Shown piece after piece: positions 1-9,487 of a DNA stretch of 64,000 bases. Every line of letters starts with the position of its first letter. Within the stretch, counting starts at the first letter, position 1. The notes beneath the pieces are model-generated. The model had not been told where the DNA came from. It searched no databases and was given only the letters and a program-made list of their open reading frames with translations. The stretch covers positions 7,925 to 71,924 of the forward strand of contig JBJXFR010000191.1 in the NCBI GenBank assembly GCA_046155785.1, read 5' to 3'. A program made the translations under genes and the position numbers. The DNA is from Blastocatellia bacterium. Its GTDB lineage: Bacteria; Acidobacteriota; Blastocatellia; RBC074.

Positions 1-104
1 CCACTCTTTCTCTTGCTTGAGCAAGCGACAAAGCTCCGCCGCGCGATGAATCTTGTCTTCAAGGTGAGAGAATTTTTCCAGCCCAGATAATATGGACAGT
101 GTGG

Positions 105-2180
105 TCATCGTACTTCCGCCGAAAATTCCTGTTTCAGTTTTTGGACAATGCGGTCATGCATCGCTGTGACTTCTTCGTCGGTCAAGGTTCGGTCAGCCGC
201 CCGGTATCGCAACGACAGCGCAATCGAATGTTTGCCTGCGGGAAGCTCTTTGCCTGCGTACAAGTCGAACAAGCGAAACCCAATCTGTTCCGGAATCGCC
301 AGTGAGTTGACGGCTTGTTCGATGGCGGCCAACGGCGCAGCCGTATCAATCAACAACGCCAAATCGCGCGAAGCCGTTGGGAATTTGGGCAATGGCTGGT
401 AACGAACTTCAGTTCGATCCGCCTGTAACAACGCGCTCAAATTCAATTCGGCGACAAACACAGCTTGTTTGAATTTGTATTCGGCTGCCACACGCGGGTG
501 AAGCTGGCCGATTTGCCCAACCGATTGGCCGCCCAACGATAACGAAGCGGCGCGTCCGGGATGCAAATGCGGGATGGTTTCAGCCAGCGAAAATTGCAGC
601 GGCGGCAAGCCCAGGCTTTCAACCACCGATTCCACTGCGCCTTTCACGTCAAAGAAATCCACGCGAGCGTTGGCCGCTTGCCAATCGGCTTCATTGCGAG
701 CGCCCGCGCAAACAAAAGCCAATCGCTCTATTTCCGTCGGTCTGTCGTCGCCTCCGCCCAGGAAGCATTTGCCGATTTCAAACAACCGCACGTTGCGCGA
801 ACCGTGATTGAAGTTGTTTTCCAACGCTTTCAGCAATCCGCCCAGCAAAGTCGTTCGCATATGACCGGCGGTTTCGTCTATCGGATTTTGCAGCAGCAAT
901 CGCGCCGAATCGTCAGCTTCGCTCAAACGCGCATCGGCTTCGGCGTTGACGAAACTGAAACTGACGGCCTCGTTGTACCCCAGACCGGTCAAAACCTTGC
1001 GCGCAGAGCGACGTCCATCTTCCCCAGGCAGATAAGAACCGGCTCCGGCGCTGCCAGGCAGCGAAGTTTTCAAATTGTCGTACCCGGCGATGCGCGCGAC
1101 TTCTTCGATCAAGTCTTCTTCAATTGCGGCGTCAATTCGCCAAGTCGGCGCAACTGTGTGAAGTGAATCTTTCTCAACATCGGCTTCGACGGCAAATCCA
1201 AGCACCCGCAAAATCCGCTCGGCTTCGTTCAGTTCCACCTGTAAGCCGGTCAGGTGTTCATAACGCCCTCGGCGCATCGTTATTAACACCGATTCCGATT
1301 TTTGAGGGTACGCATCAACGATGCCGCTCAAAACCTGACCGCCTGCGATTTCGGCAATCATCGCCGCCGCGCGAGCCGAAGCGACGGGGACAATTTCAGG
1401 ATCGGTTCCGCGCTCGTATCTGTATGAGGCTTCAGTGCTTAAACCCAACGCCTTTGAAGTTGCGCGAACCTGCGCCGGAGTGAAATACGCTGCTTCCAGC
1501 AACACGTCCACGGTTTTTTCGGTGATGCCAGAATCCTCGCCGCCTTTGATTCCGGCCAACGCGACAGCGCGTTCGGCGTCAGCAATCACCAGCATCCGCG
1601 AATTCAGTTCGCGCTCTTCGCCGTCAAGTGTCGTAATCTTTTCGCCGTCACCGGCGGCTCGAACTATGATTCGATGACCTCGCAACATCGCCAGATCGAA
1701 AGCGTGCAGCGGTTGCCCAAGTTCCAGCATGACGTAGTTGGTAATGTCGGCCACGTTGTTGACGCTGCGCTGCCCCATCACTTCCAGCCGTTTGACCAGC
1801 CATTCCGGTGAAGGGCCAATCTTCACGCCTTTGATAATTCGTGCCGTGTAGCGTGGGCAGAAATCGGGATTCAAAATCTGAACCGAAGTGACATCGCTCG
1901 CTTTTGCCGTTCCATCACTCAATCGTCCGGTTCCGCCATCCGGAATCTGCAAAGATTTGCCGATGATCGCCGCCACTTCACGAGCGACGCCAAGATGTGA
2001 CAAGCAGTCTGGCCGATTGGAGGTCAGATCAATTTCGAGCACGAAATCGGCATTAGTATCAGAAGGGTGTTCTTCGACCGCATCCACGGCCAAGCCCACC
2101 ATAGTCAGCTTCTCCGCCAAATCGCGCGGAGACAAATCCATATCAACAAATTCTTTTAGCCAGTTGTAGCTGATTTTCAT
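105..2180 (-). CDS. pheT: phenylalanine--tRNA ligase beta subunit
   Basis: 691-aa ORF starting [11 protein letters not shown]. Its length and domain order are typical of bacterial PheT. It is the last gene of the thrS-infC-rpmI-rplT-pheS cluster. Confidence 0.95.
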   Translation of the reverse strand: MKISYNWLKEFVDMDLSPRDLAEKLTMVGLAVDAVEEHPSDTNADFVLEIDLTSNRPDCLSHLGVAREVAAIIGKSLQIPDGGTGRLSDGTAKASDVTSVQILNPDFCPRYTARIIKGVKIGPSPEWLVKRLEVMGQRSVNNVADITNYVMLELGQPLHAFDLAMLRGHRIIVRAAGDGEKITTLDGEERELNSRMLVIADAERAVALAGIKGGEDSGITEKTVDVLLEAAYFTPAQVRATSKALGLSTEASYRYERGTDPEIVPVASARAAAMIAEIAGGQVLSGIVDAYPQKSESVLITMRRGRYEHLTGLQVELNEAERILRVLGFAVEADVEKDSLHTVAPTWRIDAAIEEDLIEEVARIAGYDNLKTSLPGSAGAGSYLPGEDGRRSARKVLTGLGYNEAVSFSFVNAEADARLSEADDSARLLLQNPIDETAGHMRTTLLGGLLKALENNFNHGSRNVRLFEIGKCFLGGGDDRPTEIERLAFVCAGARNEADWQAANARVDFFDVKGAVESVVESLGLPPLQFSLAETIPHLHPGRAASLSLGGQSVGQIGQLHPRVAAEYKFKQAVFVAELNLSALLQADRTEVRYQPLPKFPTASRDLALLIDTAAPLAAIEQAVNSLAIPEQIGFRLFDLYAGKELPAGKHSIALSLRYRAADRTLTDEEVTAMHDRIVQKLKQEFSAEVR

Positions 2181-2195
2181 AAGTGCAGGAGTAGT

Positions 2196-2969
2196 TCAAT
2201 CTTGGTCTTGGGCTTTAGCCGGAATCACCAGCAGTTCGCAATCAAACAGTGTTCGCGCCAGATAGTTGGCAAAAGTCGCCGAGGTCATCTCGAATTTGCC
2301 GCGTGAAAGTTCGTCGAAGACCCGGCGATTGGGCGACACCAGCGAAACCATTTCGCTGGCCAATCGGTGGAAACAGTCATCGTCCAGCGCTTCCGGTTCA
2401 CGCAAGGCCAAAATCTGGTGCATCGCTTCGGCAAAATCTTCGCCGTGGATTGCGCGTTCCAGCTTGCGCGGCTTTGGGCAGAAATAAACGTCTTTGGTTG
2501 TGCCGCTGAAAACTACTCGGTGATTCTGGTTGTCGGAGACTTCGCCAATGTCGCCAGGACTGACAAACAAGGTGTGAGCGACGACCCTCTCGTCGAAGAA
2601 AGCTCCGTTCAAATTGACGGCTTCGTGCATTTTCGGCGTGGCGTAATAAACCAGGCAGCCGCGCTTTTCCAATTGCGCCAAAAGCTGATGCTGATTCGAT
2701 TGAGTCTTGCGATAAATCGGAAAGCGAAAGTACGGCAGGCCAACCAGCTTCGATTCGCCGGCGTTCTTGCGCTTCATGTATTCGCTAGCTTTGAACTGAA
2801 GAAAGAGCGGATAACCTTTGAGCGGCGGAGCGTCTGCTTCGTCTTTGGCTTTTTTGCGTTTCTTTTCCGTTCCGGGCAACGGAGCATCGGTCGGTAAATA
2901 GCCGTTGGCTCGCACCAGTTCGTGCGTCAAAACAAAACCATACGCGAATTCCGAAACTTTCCGTTTCAT
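2196..2969 (-). CDS. hypothetical protein, no family recognised, inserted between pheS and pheT
   Basis: 257-aa ORF on the same strand as the operon. It lies 4 nt after the pheS stop and 15 nt before the pheT start. It has a K/E-rich low-complexity loop ([14 protein letters not shown]). Composition resembles the neighbouring genes. Confidence 0.6.
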   Translation of the reverse strand: MKRKVSEFAYGFVLTHELVRANGYLPTDAPLPGTEKKRKKAKDEADAPPLKGYPLFLQFKASEYMKRKNAGESKLVGLPYFRFPIYRKTQSNQHQLLAQLEKRGCLVYYATPKMHEAVNLNGAFFDERVVAHTLFVSPGDIGEVSDNQNHRVVFSGTTKDVYFCPKPRKLERAIHGEDFAEAMHQILALREPEALDDDCFHRLASEMVSLVSPNRRVFDELSRGKFEMTSATFANYLARTLFDCELLVIPAKAQDQD

Positions 2970-2973
2970 AGCG

Positions 2974-4011
2974 TTACCTGAACTGCTCCAAAAACCGTAC
3001 GTCGTTCTCGTAAAGCAGTCGAATGTCGTCCAGGCCGTACATCAACGCGCAAAGCCTATCCAATCCCAGACCGAATGCGAAGCCGGAAAACTCTTCGGGA
3101 TCAATGCCTACACCGCGCAACACGTTCGGATGCACCATGCCCGAACCACCCATTTCAATCCAGCCGGAGCCTTTGCACACACGGCATCCGCTGCCGCCGC
3201 ACTTGAAACAGGTGTAATCAATTTCGGCTCCGGGTTCGACGAACGGAAAGTACGATGGGCGAAAGCGCGTCTGAGTTTCAGGACCGAACAAACGACGCAC
3301 AAACTCTTCGACTGTGCCTTTCAAATCGCCGAGCGTGATGCCTCGATCAATCAACAAGCCTTCGACTTGATAGAACATAGGGTTATGCGTGGCGTCAGGC
3401 GTGTCGCGGCGAAAGACTCTGCCTGGCGCAGCGACGCGCAAAGGCGGCGTGCGTTTTTGCATCGCGTGAATCTGCATCGTCGAAGTCTGCGAACGCAACG
3501 CCAACTTATCCGCCAATTCGCCTGCCAGATAAAATGTGTCTTGCGGGCTGCGCGCAGGGTGACTGGTGGGGATGTTCAGCGCATCGAAGTTGTAAAAATT
3601 CGTTTCGATTTCCGGGCCGTCTTCGATTTCATAACCCATCGAAACAAAAATGTCTTCGATGCGATGGCGCAGCAACGTAATCGGGTGCAGATGACCAGCT
3701 TGAATGCGGCGACCGGGCAAAGTCACATCAATGCTTTCTTTGGACAACTGCTCGGCTTCGCGTTTGGCGGCAAAACCATCAAGCAGTTTTTCAACTGCCG
3801 ATTCAACGTAACTTTTCAACACGTTTAATTCGGCGCCGACCGTTTTGCGCTCTTCTGGCGAAAGCTTGCCGAGTGTTTTCATCTCGCCGGTGAGCAGACC
3901 ACTTTTGCGCCCAACCCAACGATCACGCAGAGCGGTCGCGTCGGCTTCAACGGTTGCCGCCGCCAATTCACGTTCAAAATCCGTTCGTAATTGTGTAATG
4001 CGATCTGACAT
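2974..4011 (-). CDS. pheS: phenylalanine--tRNA ligase alpha subunit
   Basis: Class II aaRS motifs are present ([29 protein letters not shown]). I chose the ATG at 4011 (MSDRITQLR). The track ORF begins at an upstream TTG at 4053. Confidence 0.93.
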   Translation of the reverse strand: MSDRITQLRTDFERELAAATVEADATALRDRWVGRKSGLLTGEMKTLGKLSPEERKTVGAELNVLKSYVESAVEKLLDGFAAKREAEQLSKESIDVTLPGRRIQAGHLHPITLLRHRIEDIFVSMGYEIEDGPEIETNFYNFDALNIPTSHPARSPQDTFYLAGELADKLALRSQTSTMQIHAMQKRTPPLRVAAPGRVFRRDTPDATHNPMFYQVEGLLIDRGITLGDLKGTVEEFVRRLFGPETQTRFRPSYFPFVEPGAEIDYTCFKCGGSGCRVCKGSGWIEMGGSGMVHPNVLRGVGIDPEEFSGFAFGLGLDRLCALMYGLDDIRLLYENDVRFLEQFR

Positions 4012-4082
4012 AAAGCAGGTAGTCGGTAGCCAGCAGTCGGGAGTCTTTGCCAATTACCGGCTCTCGACTACTTCTCTGAAGC

Positions 4083-4125
4083 AAAAACCCAAGACTGGTG
4101 GAGCGCAAAAGCATCCGGTCTTGGG
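4083..4125 (-). terminator. hairpin plus U-tract between rplT and pheS (terminator or attenuator)
   Basis: On the minus strand, CCCAAGAC (22-nt loop) GTCTTGGG is followed by TTTTT. It lies 50 nt after the rplT stop and upstream of pheS. Confidence 0.55.
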
Positions 4126-4174
4126 TCTTTGGGATTTGCTGACCAGTGAATTCTTCACTGGTGTTCAACATCGT

Positions 4175-4561
4175 TTAAGCTGCCGCCGCTTTCAATTTCC
4201 CGGCAGACTCCAAAGCCTTCTTCACTGAACTTGCCAAGTCGGCAAAAGCTTCGGGCTGATTGACAGCCAGGTCAGCCAGAACTTTTCGATCAAGTTCGAT
4301 CTGGGCCAGCGTCAAGCCATGCATAAACTGGCTGTAATTCAAACCGTGCAACCGTGCTGCTGCTCCGATGCGGATGATCCACAGCGAACGGTAATCGCGT
4401 TTTTTGATCTTGCGACCAACGTAGGCAAATTTCAGCGCGCGTTGCACTGACTCTTTCATCGAACGATACAATTTGCTCTTGGTGCCGCGAAAACCTTTTG
4501 ACAGTTTCTCTAACTTCTTGCGCTTCTCTACGCGCTTGGGACCTCGTTTTGCTCTAGGCAT
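4175..4561 (-). CDS. rplT: 50S ribosomal protein L20
   Basis: 128 aa, starting [16 protein letters not shown]; the L20 signature is clear. Confidence 0.95.
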   Translation of the reverse strand: MPRAKRGPKRVEKRKKLEKLSKGFRGTKSKLYRSMKESVQRALKFAYVGRKIKKRDYRSLWIIRIGAAARLHGLNYSQFMHGLTLAQIELDRKVLADLAVNQPEAFADLASSVKKALESAGKLKAAAA

Positions 4562-4627
4562 AAACCTCTCCTTGCGAAAAATGATTTATAAAGACTGAAC
4601 TCACTGAGTTACCGAAGAGGTTCAGCG

Positions 4628-4831
4628 TTACTTTCTGCCGTAAGGCAGCATTCCTTCAACACGCTTCTGATCGCTTTCGGAAACCAGCACATCAATATCC
4701 AGCATGCGTTTCCGCTTGGCGGTTTTCTTCGTCAGAATGTGACGCGCGTGCGACTGGCCGCGCTTGATCTTGCCGGTTGCGGTGGTGCGAAAACGCTTTG
4801 CCGCTCCCTTGTGAGTTTTAAGTTTAGGCAT
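4628..4831 (-). CDS. rpmI: 50S ribosomal protein L35
   Basis: 67 aa, starting [15 protein letters not shown]. Confidence 0.95.
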   Translation of the reverse strand: MPKLKTHKGAAKRFRTTATGKIKRGQSHARHILTKKTAKRKRMLDIDVLVSESDQKRVEGMLPYGRK

Positions 4832-4841
4832 AAATCCTCCG

Positions 4842-5402
4842 TTATGATTTCTTCGGTGAGAAGATGACTATGAACTGCATGCCTTCCAGTCGGGCGCGGT
4901 TTTCCGGGACGCCGCTTTCGGCCAAATCCTTCTCCAACCGTTCCAGCAATCTCTGTCCAAGTTCTTTATGCGTAATTTCGCGTCCACGAAATCGGACAGT
5001 CGCTTTGACCTTGTTGCCATCGGCCAGAATTTCTCTGGCATGCTTCATCTTGAAATTGTAATCGTGTTCGTCGGTCGCCGGACGAAACTTGATTTCTTTT
5101 ACTTCAATGACGACCTGTTTTTTCTTGGCTTCGTGAGCGCGTTTCTTTTGCTCGTACTGATACTTGCCAAAATCAACGATTCGGCAGACAGGTGGTTGAG
5201 CTTGCGGCGCGACTTCCACCAAATCGTAGCCGCGCTGGCGAGCGGTCCTTATCGCCTCCTGCGGAGTCATTACGCCAAGCTGTTGACCTTCTTCGTCAAT
5301 GACGCGCACTTCTTTTGTGCGAATGCGTTCATTGACGCGCACTTGCGGGCCGCGCTGATCGCGTCGCCCTCTGAATCCACCGCCTTGATAACCGTTGCTA
5401 AT
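4842..5402 (-). CDS. infC: translation initiation factor IF-3, AUU start
   Basis: The IF-3 body is clear ([24 protein letters not shown]). The track ORF starts at GTG 5342. The frame stays open upstream to an in-frame ATT at 5402-5400, preceded by GGAGG (5414-5410) with a 7-nt spacer. This is the classic non-canonical infC start. Confidence 0.85.
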   Translation of the reverse strand: MSNGYQGGGFRGRRDQRGPQVRVNERIRTKEVRVIDEEGQQLGVMTPQEAIRTARQRGYDLVEVAPQAQPPVCRIVDFGKYQYEQKKRAHEAKKKQVVIEVKEIKFRPATDEHDYNFKMKHAREILADGNKVKATVRFRGREITHKELGQRLLERLEKDLAESGVPENRARLEGMQFIVIFSPKKS

Positions 5403-5426
5403 AGAAACACCTCCGAAGTTTTGTAA

Positions 5427-5516
5427 ATCGCGGATGGCAGGTTGCGAATCTGGGATGCCGGCCCCACGTCAAAACGAATTTTGGCGCGAAGCGATTCGCA
5501 ACCTGCCATCCGCGAT
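5427..5516. repeat. 24-bp perfect inverted repeat forming a long hairpin in the thrS-infC spacer
   Basis: ATCGCGGATGGCAGGTTGCGAATC (5427-5450) is the exact reverse complement of 5493-5516, with a 42-nt loop and no U-tract after it. The core GGCAGGTTG-N-GAATCTG ... CCCCAC is shared with the hairpin at 13464-13528. Confidence 0.85.
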
Positions 5517-5519
5517 CAT

Positions 5520-7517
5520 TTAAGTCTGTAGCGCGCGAGAGCGAACCAATTCTGTCAATTGCGCGCTGAATTCAGCGACAGGCACAGCGCCTGTATCGCC
5601 CTTAACCCGGTCGCGCACGGCGACCAGCCCGGCTTCGGCTTCGCGTTCGCCAAGCACGAGCATAAAAGGAATCTTTCTCAACTGAGCGTCTCGAATTTTC
5701 GCGCCGATTTTTTCGCTGCGTAAATCCGATTGGACTCGATGACCAGCAGCCAACAATTCACGCTCGACTTCAATGGCTTTGTCATTGAACCGATCCGAAA
5801 TCGGCAGCACGATGGCCTGCGTCGGAGCCAGCCACACCGGGAATGCCCCCGCGTAATGCTCAATCAAAATCCCAAAGAACCGTTCAAACGAACCCAAAAT
5901 CGCTCGATGAACCATGATCGGTTGATGTGGCTTGTTGTCTGGGCCTGTAAACTCAATGCCGAAACGCTGCGGCAGATTGAAATCCACTTGAATCGTCGAA
6001 AGCTGCCACGTGCGTTTGATCGCGTCCACAACCTTGAAGTCAATCTTCGGGCCGTAAAACGCAGCTTCGTCTTCCATTCGCACATACGGCAATCCGTATT
6101 CATTCAACGCATCGGTCAACGCCTTTTCGGCCAGATTCCAGACTTCGTCGGAACCCAAATACTTTTCGTGATCCGTGGCGTGACGAACCGAAAGTTCGGC
6201 TTTGTATTCAAACCCAAACGCCTTGAAGATGAAATCCACCAGATCAAGACAACCCAGCACTTCGCCTTTCAATTGCTCCGGCGTGCAAAACAGGTGAGCG
6301 TCATCCTGAGTAAATCCGCGAGCGCGCATCAATCCGTGCGTGACCCCAGACCGTTCGTAACGATAGACCATTCCGTATTCGGCGTATCGCTGCGGCAAAT
6401 CACGATAAGAACGCTGCCGAGCCTTGAAAATCTGGATGTGGAACGGGCAGTTCATAGGCTTCATCCGATACTCGACATCTTCTTTTTCGCCTTTGTCGCC
6501 CGTGTGCATCGCCGGGTACAAGCCTTCCTGGTAATGCTCCAAGTGGCCTGAAATCTTGAACAGCTCCGATTGCGTAATGTGAGGAGTGTTCACAAAACTA
6601 TACCCAACTTGATAAAGCTTTTCGTTCAGGAACTGTTCGATGACTTTGCGAATCAGCGCGCCGTTCGGATGCCACAACACCAATCCCGGCCCAATCGCCT
6701 CGCTGAAACTGAATAGATCAAGTTCCGGCCCAAGTCGGCGATGGTCGCGCTTTTCGGCTTCTTCCTTTTGCTTGACCCAATCGTCCAACTCTTCCTGAGA
6801 AAAGAAGGACGTGCCGTAAATGCGCTGCATCTGTTCGCGCTTTTCGTCGCCTTTCCAGTGCGCGCCTGCAATCGAAAGCAGCTTGATGGCCTTGATTCGA
6901 TTGGTCGAAGGAATGTGCGGCCCCAGGCAAAAATCAATAAACGGCGTTCCTTCAATCGTGTAACAACTAACGACTGCGCCCGCTTTTTCTGAAATCAACT
7001 CGCATTTCAAAGGCTCGCCCAATTCGGCGAATTTCTTTTCGGCCTCGGCTTTCGGCATTTCGACTCGCCGATATTCCAGGTTGCGCTTGATCAAATCCTT
7101 CATGCGCTTTTCGATCTTCGGCAAATCTTCCGGCGTAAACCGTCCACCGTCTTCGCGCGCAAAGTCGTAATAAAACCCGCCTTTCGGATCGTCCAGCAAA
7201 GCCGGGCCAATTCCCAGCTTAGTTCCAGGATACAAATCCAACACCGCCGCCGCCAGCAAATGCGCCGTTGAATGACGATAAACTTCTAAAGCTTCTGGCG
7301 ATTCTGGCGTCACCGGCTCAACTGCGTCGCCTTCTTGCAACTGATAACTCAGATCAACTGGCTCTTCGTGCTTGACGCCATTGCGAAACAAGCGCGCGGC
7401 TATCGCCTTTTTAGCGCTTTCCCGATCCTTCTGTTTCAAGGCATCGAAAGCCGAGGCTCCTGCCGAAGCGTGATTATTTTGAATAGATTGATTCTGTAAT
7501 TCGCTCACTGCTGTCAC
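5520..7517 (-). CDS. thrS: threonine--tRNA ligase
   Basis: 665 aa with TGS, editing (HSTAHLLA) and class II core motifs. The start may instead be the second GTG at 7508, which has an AGGTGA Shine-Dalgarno sequence. Confidence 0.93.
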   Translation of the reverse strand: MTAVSELQNQSIQNNHASAGASAFDALKQKDRESAKKAIAARLFRNGVKHEEPVDLSYQLQEGDAVEPVTPESPEALEVYRHSTAHLLAAAVLDLYPGTKLGIGPALLDDPKGGFYYDFAREDGGRFTPEDLPKIEKRMKDLIKRNLEYRRVEMPKAEAEKKFAELGEPLKCELISEKAGAVVSCYTIEGTPFIDFCLGPHIPSTNRIKAIKLLSIAGAHWKGDEKREQMQRIYGTSFFSQEELDDWVKQKEEAEKRDHRRLGPELDLFSFSEAIGPGLVLWHPNGALIRKVIEQFLNEKLYQVGYSFVNTPHITQSELFKISGHLEHYQEGLYPAMHTGDKGEKEDVEYRMKPMNCPFHIQIFKARQRSYRDLPQRYAEYGMVYRYERSGVTHGLMRARGFTQDDAHLFCTPEQLKGEVLGCLDLVDFIFKAFGFEYKAELSVRHATDHEKYLGSDEVWNLAEKALTDALNEYGLPYVRMEDEAAFYGPKIDFKVVDAIKRTWQLSTIQVDFNLPQRFGIEFTGPDNKPHQPIMVHRAILGSFERFFGILIEHYAGAFPVWLAPTQAIVLPISDRFNDKAIEVERELLAAGHRVQSDLRSEKIGAKIRDAQLRKIPFMLVLGEREAEAGLVAVRDRVKGDTGAVPVAEFSAQLTELVRSRALQT

Positions 7518-7701
7518 CTAAACGTACGGCTGGACAGTTGGGATTACTGCCAGGGTGAAGTCGGAAACTCGACAAAGCGAAGTTCAGACTTCACAACTGA
7601 AATCTACTGATGCGGACTATCCCAAAAGCTTGAGCCTTAGGTTAAGGTTTAGAAACTTAAGAGTGCTTTAGGTAAGGTCCTACGTCAGCGGTTGCCTATG
7701 C

Positions 7702-7748
7702 AAAAACGCTGCGACGAACGCGACAAGAGTCGCTTCGATCATCGCAGC
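7702..7748 (-). terminator. rho-independent terminator downstream of tRNA-Val and upstream of thrS
   Basis: The minus strand reads GCTGCGA..GCGAC-TCTT-GTCGC..TCGCAGC followed by GTTTTTGC. Confidence 0.6.
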
Positions 7749-7841
7749 TATCTAGTTCGATTGGTAAATCGGTTTTGCATAAAATCGGCAACTCTTCTGG
7801 AGCTGACGTTGAACGATTTGGCGTGTGCCAAACATAAAAAA

Positions 7842-7913
7842 TAGGCCCTAGCGGATTTGAACCGCTGACCCCTACAGTGTCAATGTAGTGCTCTACCACT
7901 GAGCTAAGAGCCT
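7842..7913 (-). tRNA. tRNA-Val (anticodon GAC)
   Basis: A hand-folded cloverleaf fits: acceptor AGGCTCT/AGGGCCT, D arm GCTC-AGTGGTA-GAGC, anticodon arm CTACA-TTGACAC-TGTAG, T arm AGCGG-TTCAAAT-CCGCT, discriminator A. CCA is not encoded. Confidence 0.9.
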
Positions 7914-7948
7914 GTATGTTGTTGTAAACAAAACTTGAACGAGCGAGG

Positions 7949-7978
7949 AAAATAGCAAACGGTTCGCAAAACTGTCAA
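7949..7978 (-). promoter_or_regulatory. sigma70-like promoter for tRNA-Val
   Basis: On the minus strand, TTGACA (7978-7973), an 18-nt spacer and TATTTT (7954-7949) lie about 35 nt upstream of the tRNA 5' end. Confidence 0.45.
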
Positions 7979-8113
7979 GACACCGAGCAAAGGATTTTCA
8001 TCGTTATCGCCTGTTACGGGTAGTTTGTGTTATATCGTCGCCTCAAGTCGCGGCATTCTTCGCGGCGTTCAAACCAAATCGGGCAAACCAAAAAACGGGA
8101 GTGAAAACTACTT

Positions 8114-9487
8114 ATGTTTCGACTTGATGCTGAACGAACTGTGAGCTTCTGTGATGGCGTGCGTCGCCGTGATTTTCTGCATGCTGGCTCGTTGAGCTTT
8201 TTGGGATTGACGCTGCCTGACCTGTTCGCGATCAAGGCGCAAGGCGCGATCAATTCAGAAAAAGACATGAACTGCATCTTCCTGATGCTGCTGGGCGGCC
8301 CCAGCCAGGTGGACACCTGGGACATGAAGCCGAACGCCCCTGCTGAAATTCGCGGCCCATACAAACCAATCAAGACTAACGTGCCGGGCATCGAAATCAG
8401 CGAAATCTTCCCGCACACAGCCAAACACGCGGACAAGTTCGCTCTGGTTCGAGGCGTCAATCACACCGCCGCCGCAGTTCACGACACCGGTCACCAAATG
8501 ATGCAAACCGGAAAGCTGTTCCAAGCCGGGCAGGAACACCCCAACGTAGGTTCCGTGCTGTCGAAACTGCGCGGCCCGCGAGGCGACGCGCCTCCGCACG
8601 TTTTGCTTCCACGTCCGATTGGAAACACCGGAGGCAATTTACCTCACGGCCAGACGGCTGGATTTCTGGGCAAACAATTCGATCCGTTTGTGTTGAATTC
8701 CGATCCTTCGACGCCGGATTTCAAAGTGCCGGACATGCTGCCGCCGGATTACATTTCGTCGGTGAGAGTTGACCGCCGCCGCAAGCTTCGTGAAATGGTT
8801 GACGCTTCGGTCAAAGAGTTTGAAGTTTCACCAGACGCGCGATTGCTGGACGACAATTTTCACCAAGCCTACACGCTGATGTCGTCGGCCAAAATGCGCG
8901 AAGCCTTCGATCTATCGAAAGAATCCGACGCCGTCAAAGATCGTTATGGCCGCAACAAATTCGGCATGAGTTGTTTAATGGCTCGGCGAATGATCGAACG
9001 CGGCGTTCGCTTCGTGACAATCAATCAATTTGAAACTGTCTTCAACGAAATCACCTGGGATATTCACGGCTCTGCTCCGTTCAGCCCAATAGCCTGTTAT
9101 CAAAACGAAGTCGGCCCAATGTTCGACAACGCATACGCTTCGTTGTTGGAAGATTTGCACCAGCGCGGTTTGCTGAAAAACACACTGGTCGTAGCCACGG
9201 GCGAATTCGGGCGAACGCCAAAGATCAACCCGGCTGGCGGACGCGATCACTGGCCTCAATGCTGGACGATGTTATTCGCTGGCGGCGGAGTCAAAGGCGG
9301 ACAAATTATTGGCTCTTCAGACGAAATCGGCGCTTATCCCAAAGACCGCCCGGTAACTCCCGGCGAAGTCGCCGCAACGATGATGCGCTCGTTGAAAATT
9401 GATCTGGACACTGAATTGCCAGGCTTGCAGGGGCGACCAATCAGAGTCGTTGACCACGGCGTCAATCCGATCTCAGAACTTTTCTGA
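8114..9487 (+). CDS. DUF1501 domain protein (sulfatase-like) with Tat signal
   Basis: 457 aa with a twin-arginine motif (VRRRDFLHAG) and GGPSQVDTWDMKP, typical of DUF1501. Confidence 0.85.
   Translation: MFRLDAERTVSFCDGVRRRDFLHAGSLSFLGLTLPDLFAIKAQGAINSEKDMNCIFLMLLGGPSQVDTWDMKPNAPAEIRGPYKPIKTNVPGIEISEIFPHTAKHADKFALVRGVNHTAAAVHDTGHQMMQTGKLFQAGQEHPNVGSVLSKLRGPRGDAPPHVLLPRPIGNTGGNLPHGQTAGFLGKQFDPFVLNSDPSTPDFKVPDMLPPDYISSVRVDRRRKLREMVDASVKEFEVSPDARLLDDNFHQAYTLMSSAKMREAFDLSKESDAVKDRYGRNKFGMSCLMARRMIERGVRFVTINQFETVFNEITWDIHGSAPFSPIACYQNEVGPMFDNAYASLLEDLHQRGLLKNTLVVATGEFGRTPKINPAGGRDHWPQCWTMLFAGGGVKGGQIIGSSDEIGAYPKDRPVTPGEVAATMMRSLKIDLDTELPGLQGRPIRVVDHGVNPISELF

Noticed and set aside
2905-3828. Long plus-strand ORF (307 aa) antisense to pheS. 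Similar long antisense ORFs occur at 561-1166, 24128-25288, 30426-31604, 33114-34307, 37609-38673, 45290-46525 and 46630-47466.
   Set aside because: Each lies entirely within a confidently identified gene on the other strand. Their translations are Arg/Gln/Ala-rich and low in information, typical of shadow ORFs in moderately GC-rich DNA. None has a Shine-Dalgarno sequence or a recognisable motif.
3974-4171. Possible pheST leader peptide or T-box in the rplT-pheS spacer, and a T-box or tRNA-mimic operator in the thrS leader (7518-7700).
   Set aside because: The 65-aa ORF has no Phe run. I found no T-box consensus (AGGGTGGNACCGCG) on the coding strand of either leader. Only a plain hairpin plus U-tract is supportable.
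7696-7899. 67-aa minus-strand ORF upstream of thrS.
   Set aside because: It overlaps the tRNA-Val gene and its terminator, so it is an artefact of the tRNA sequence being open in that frame.
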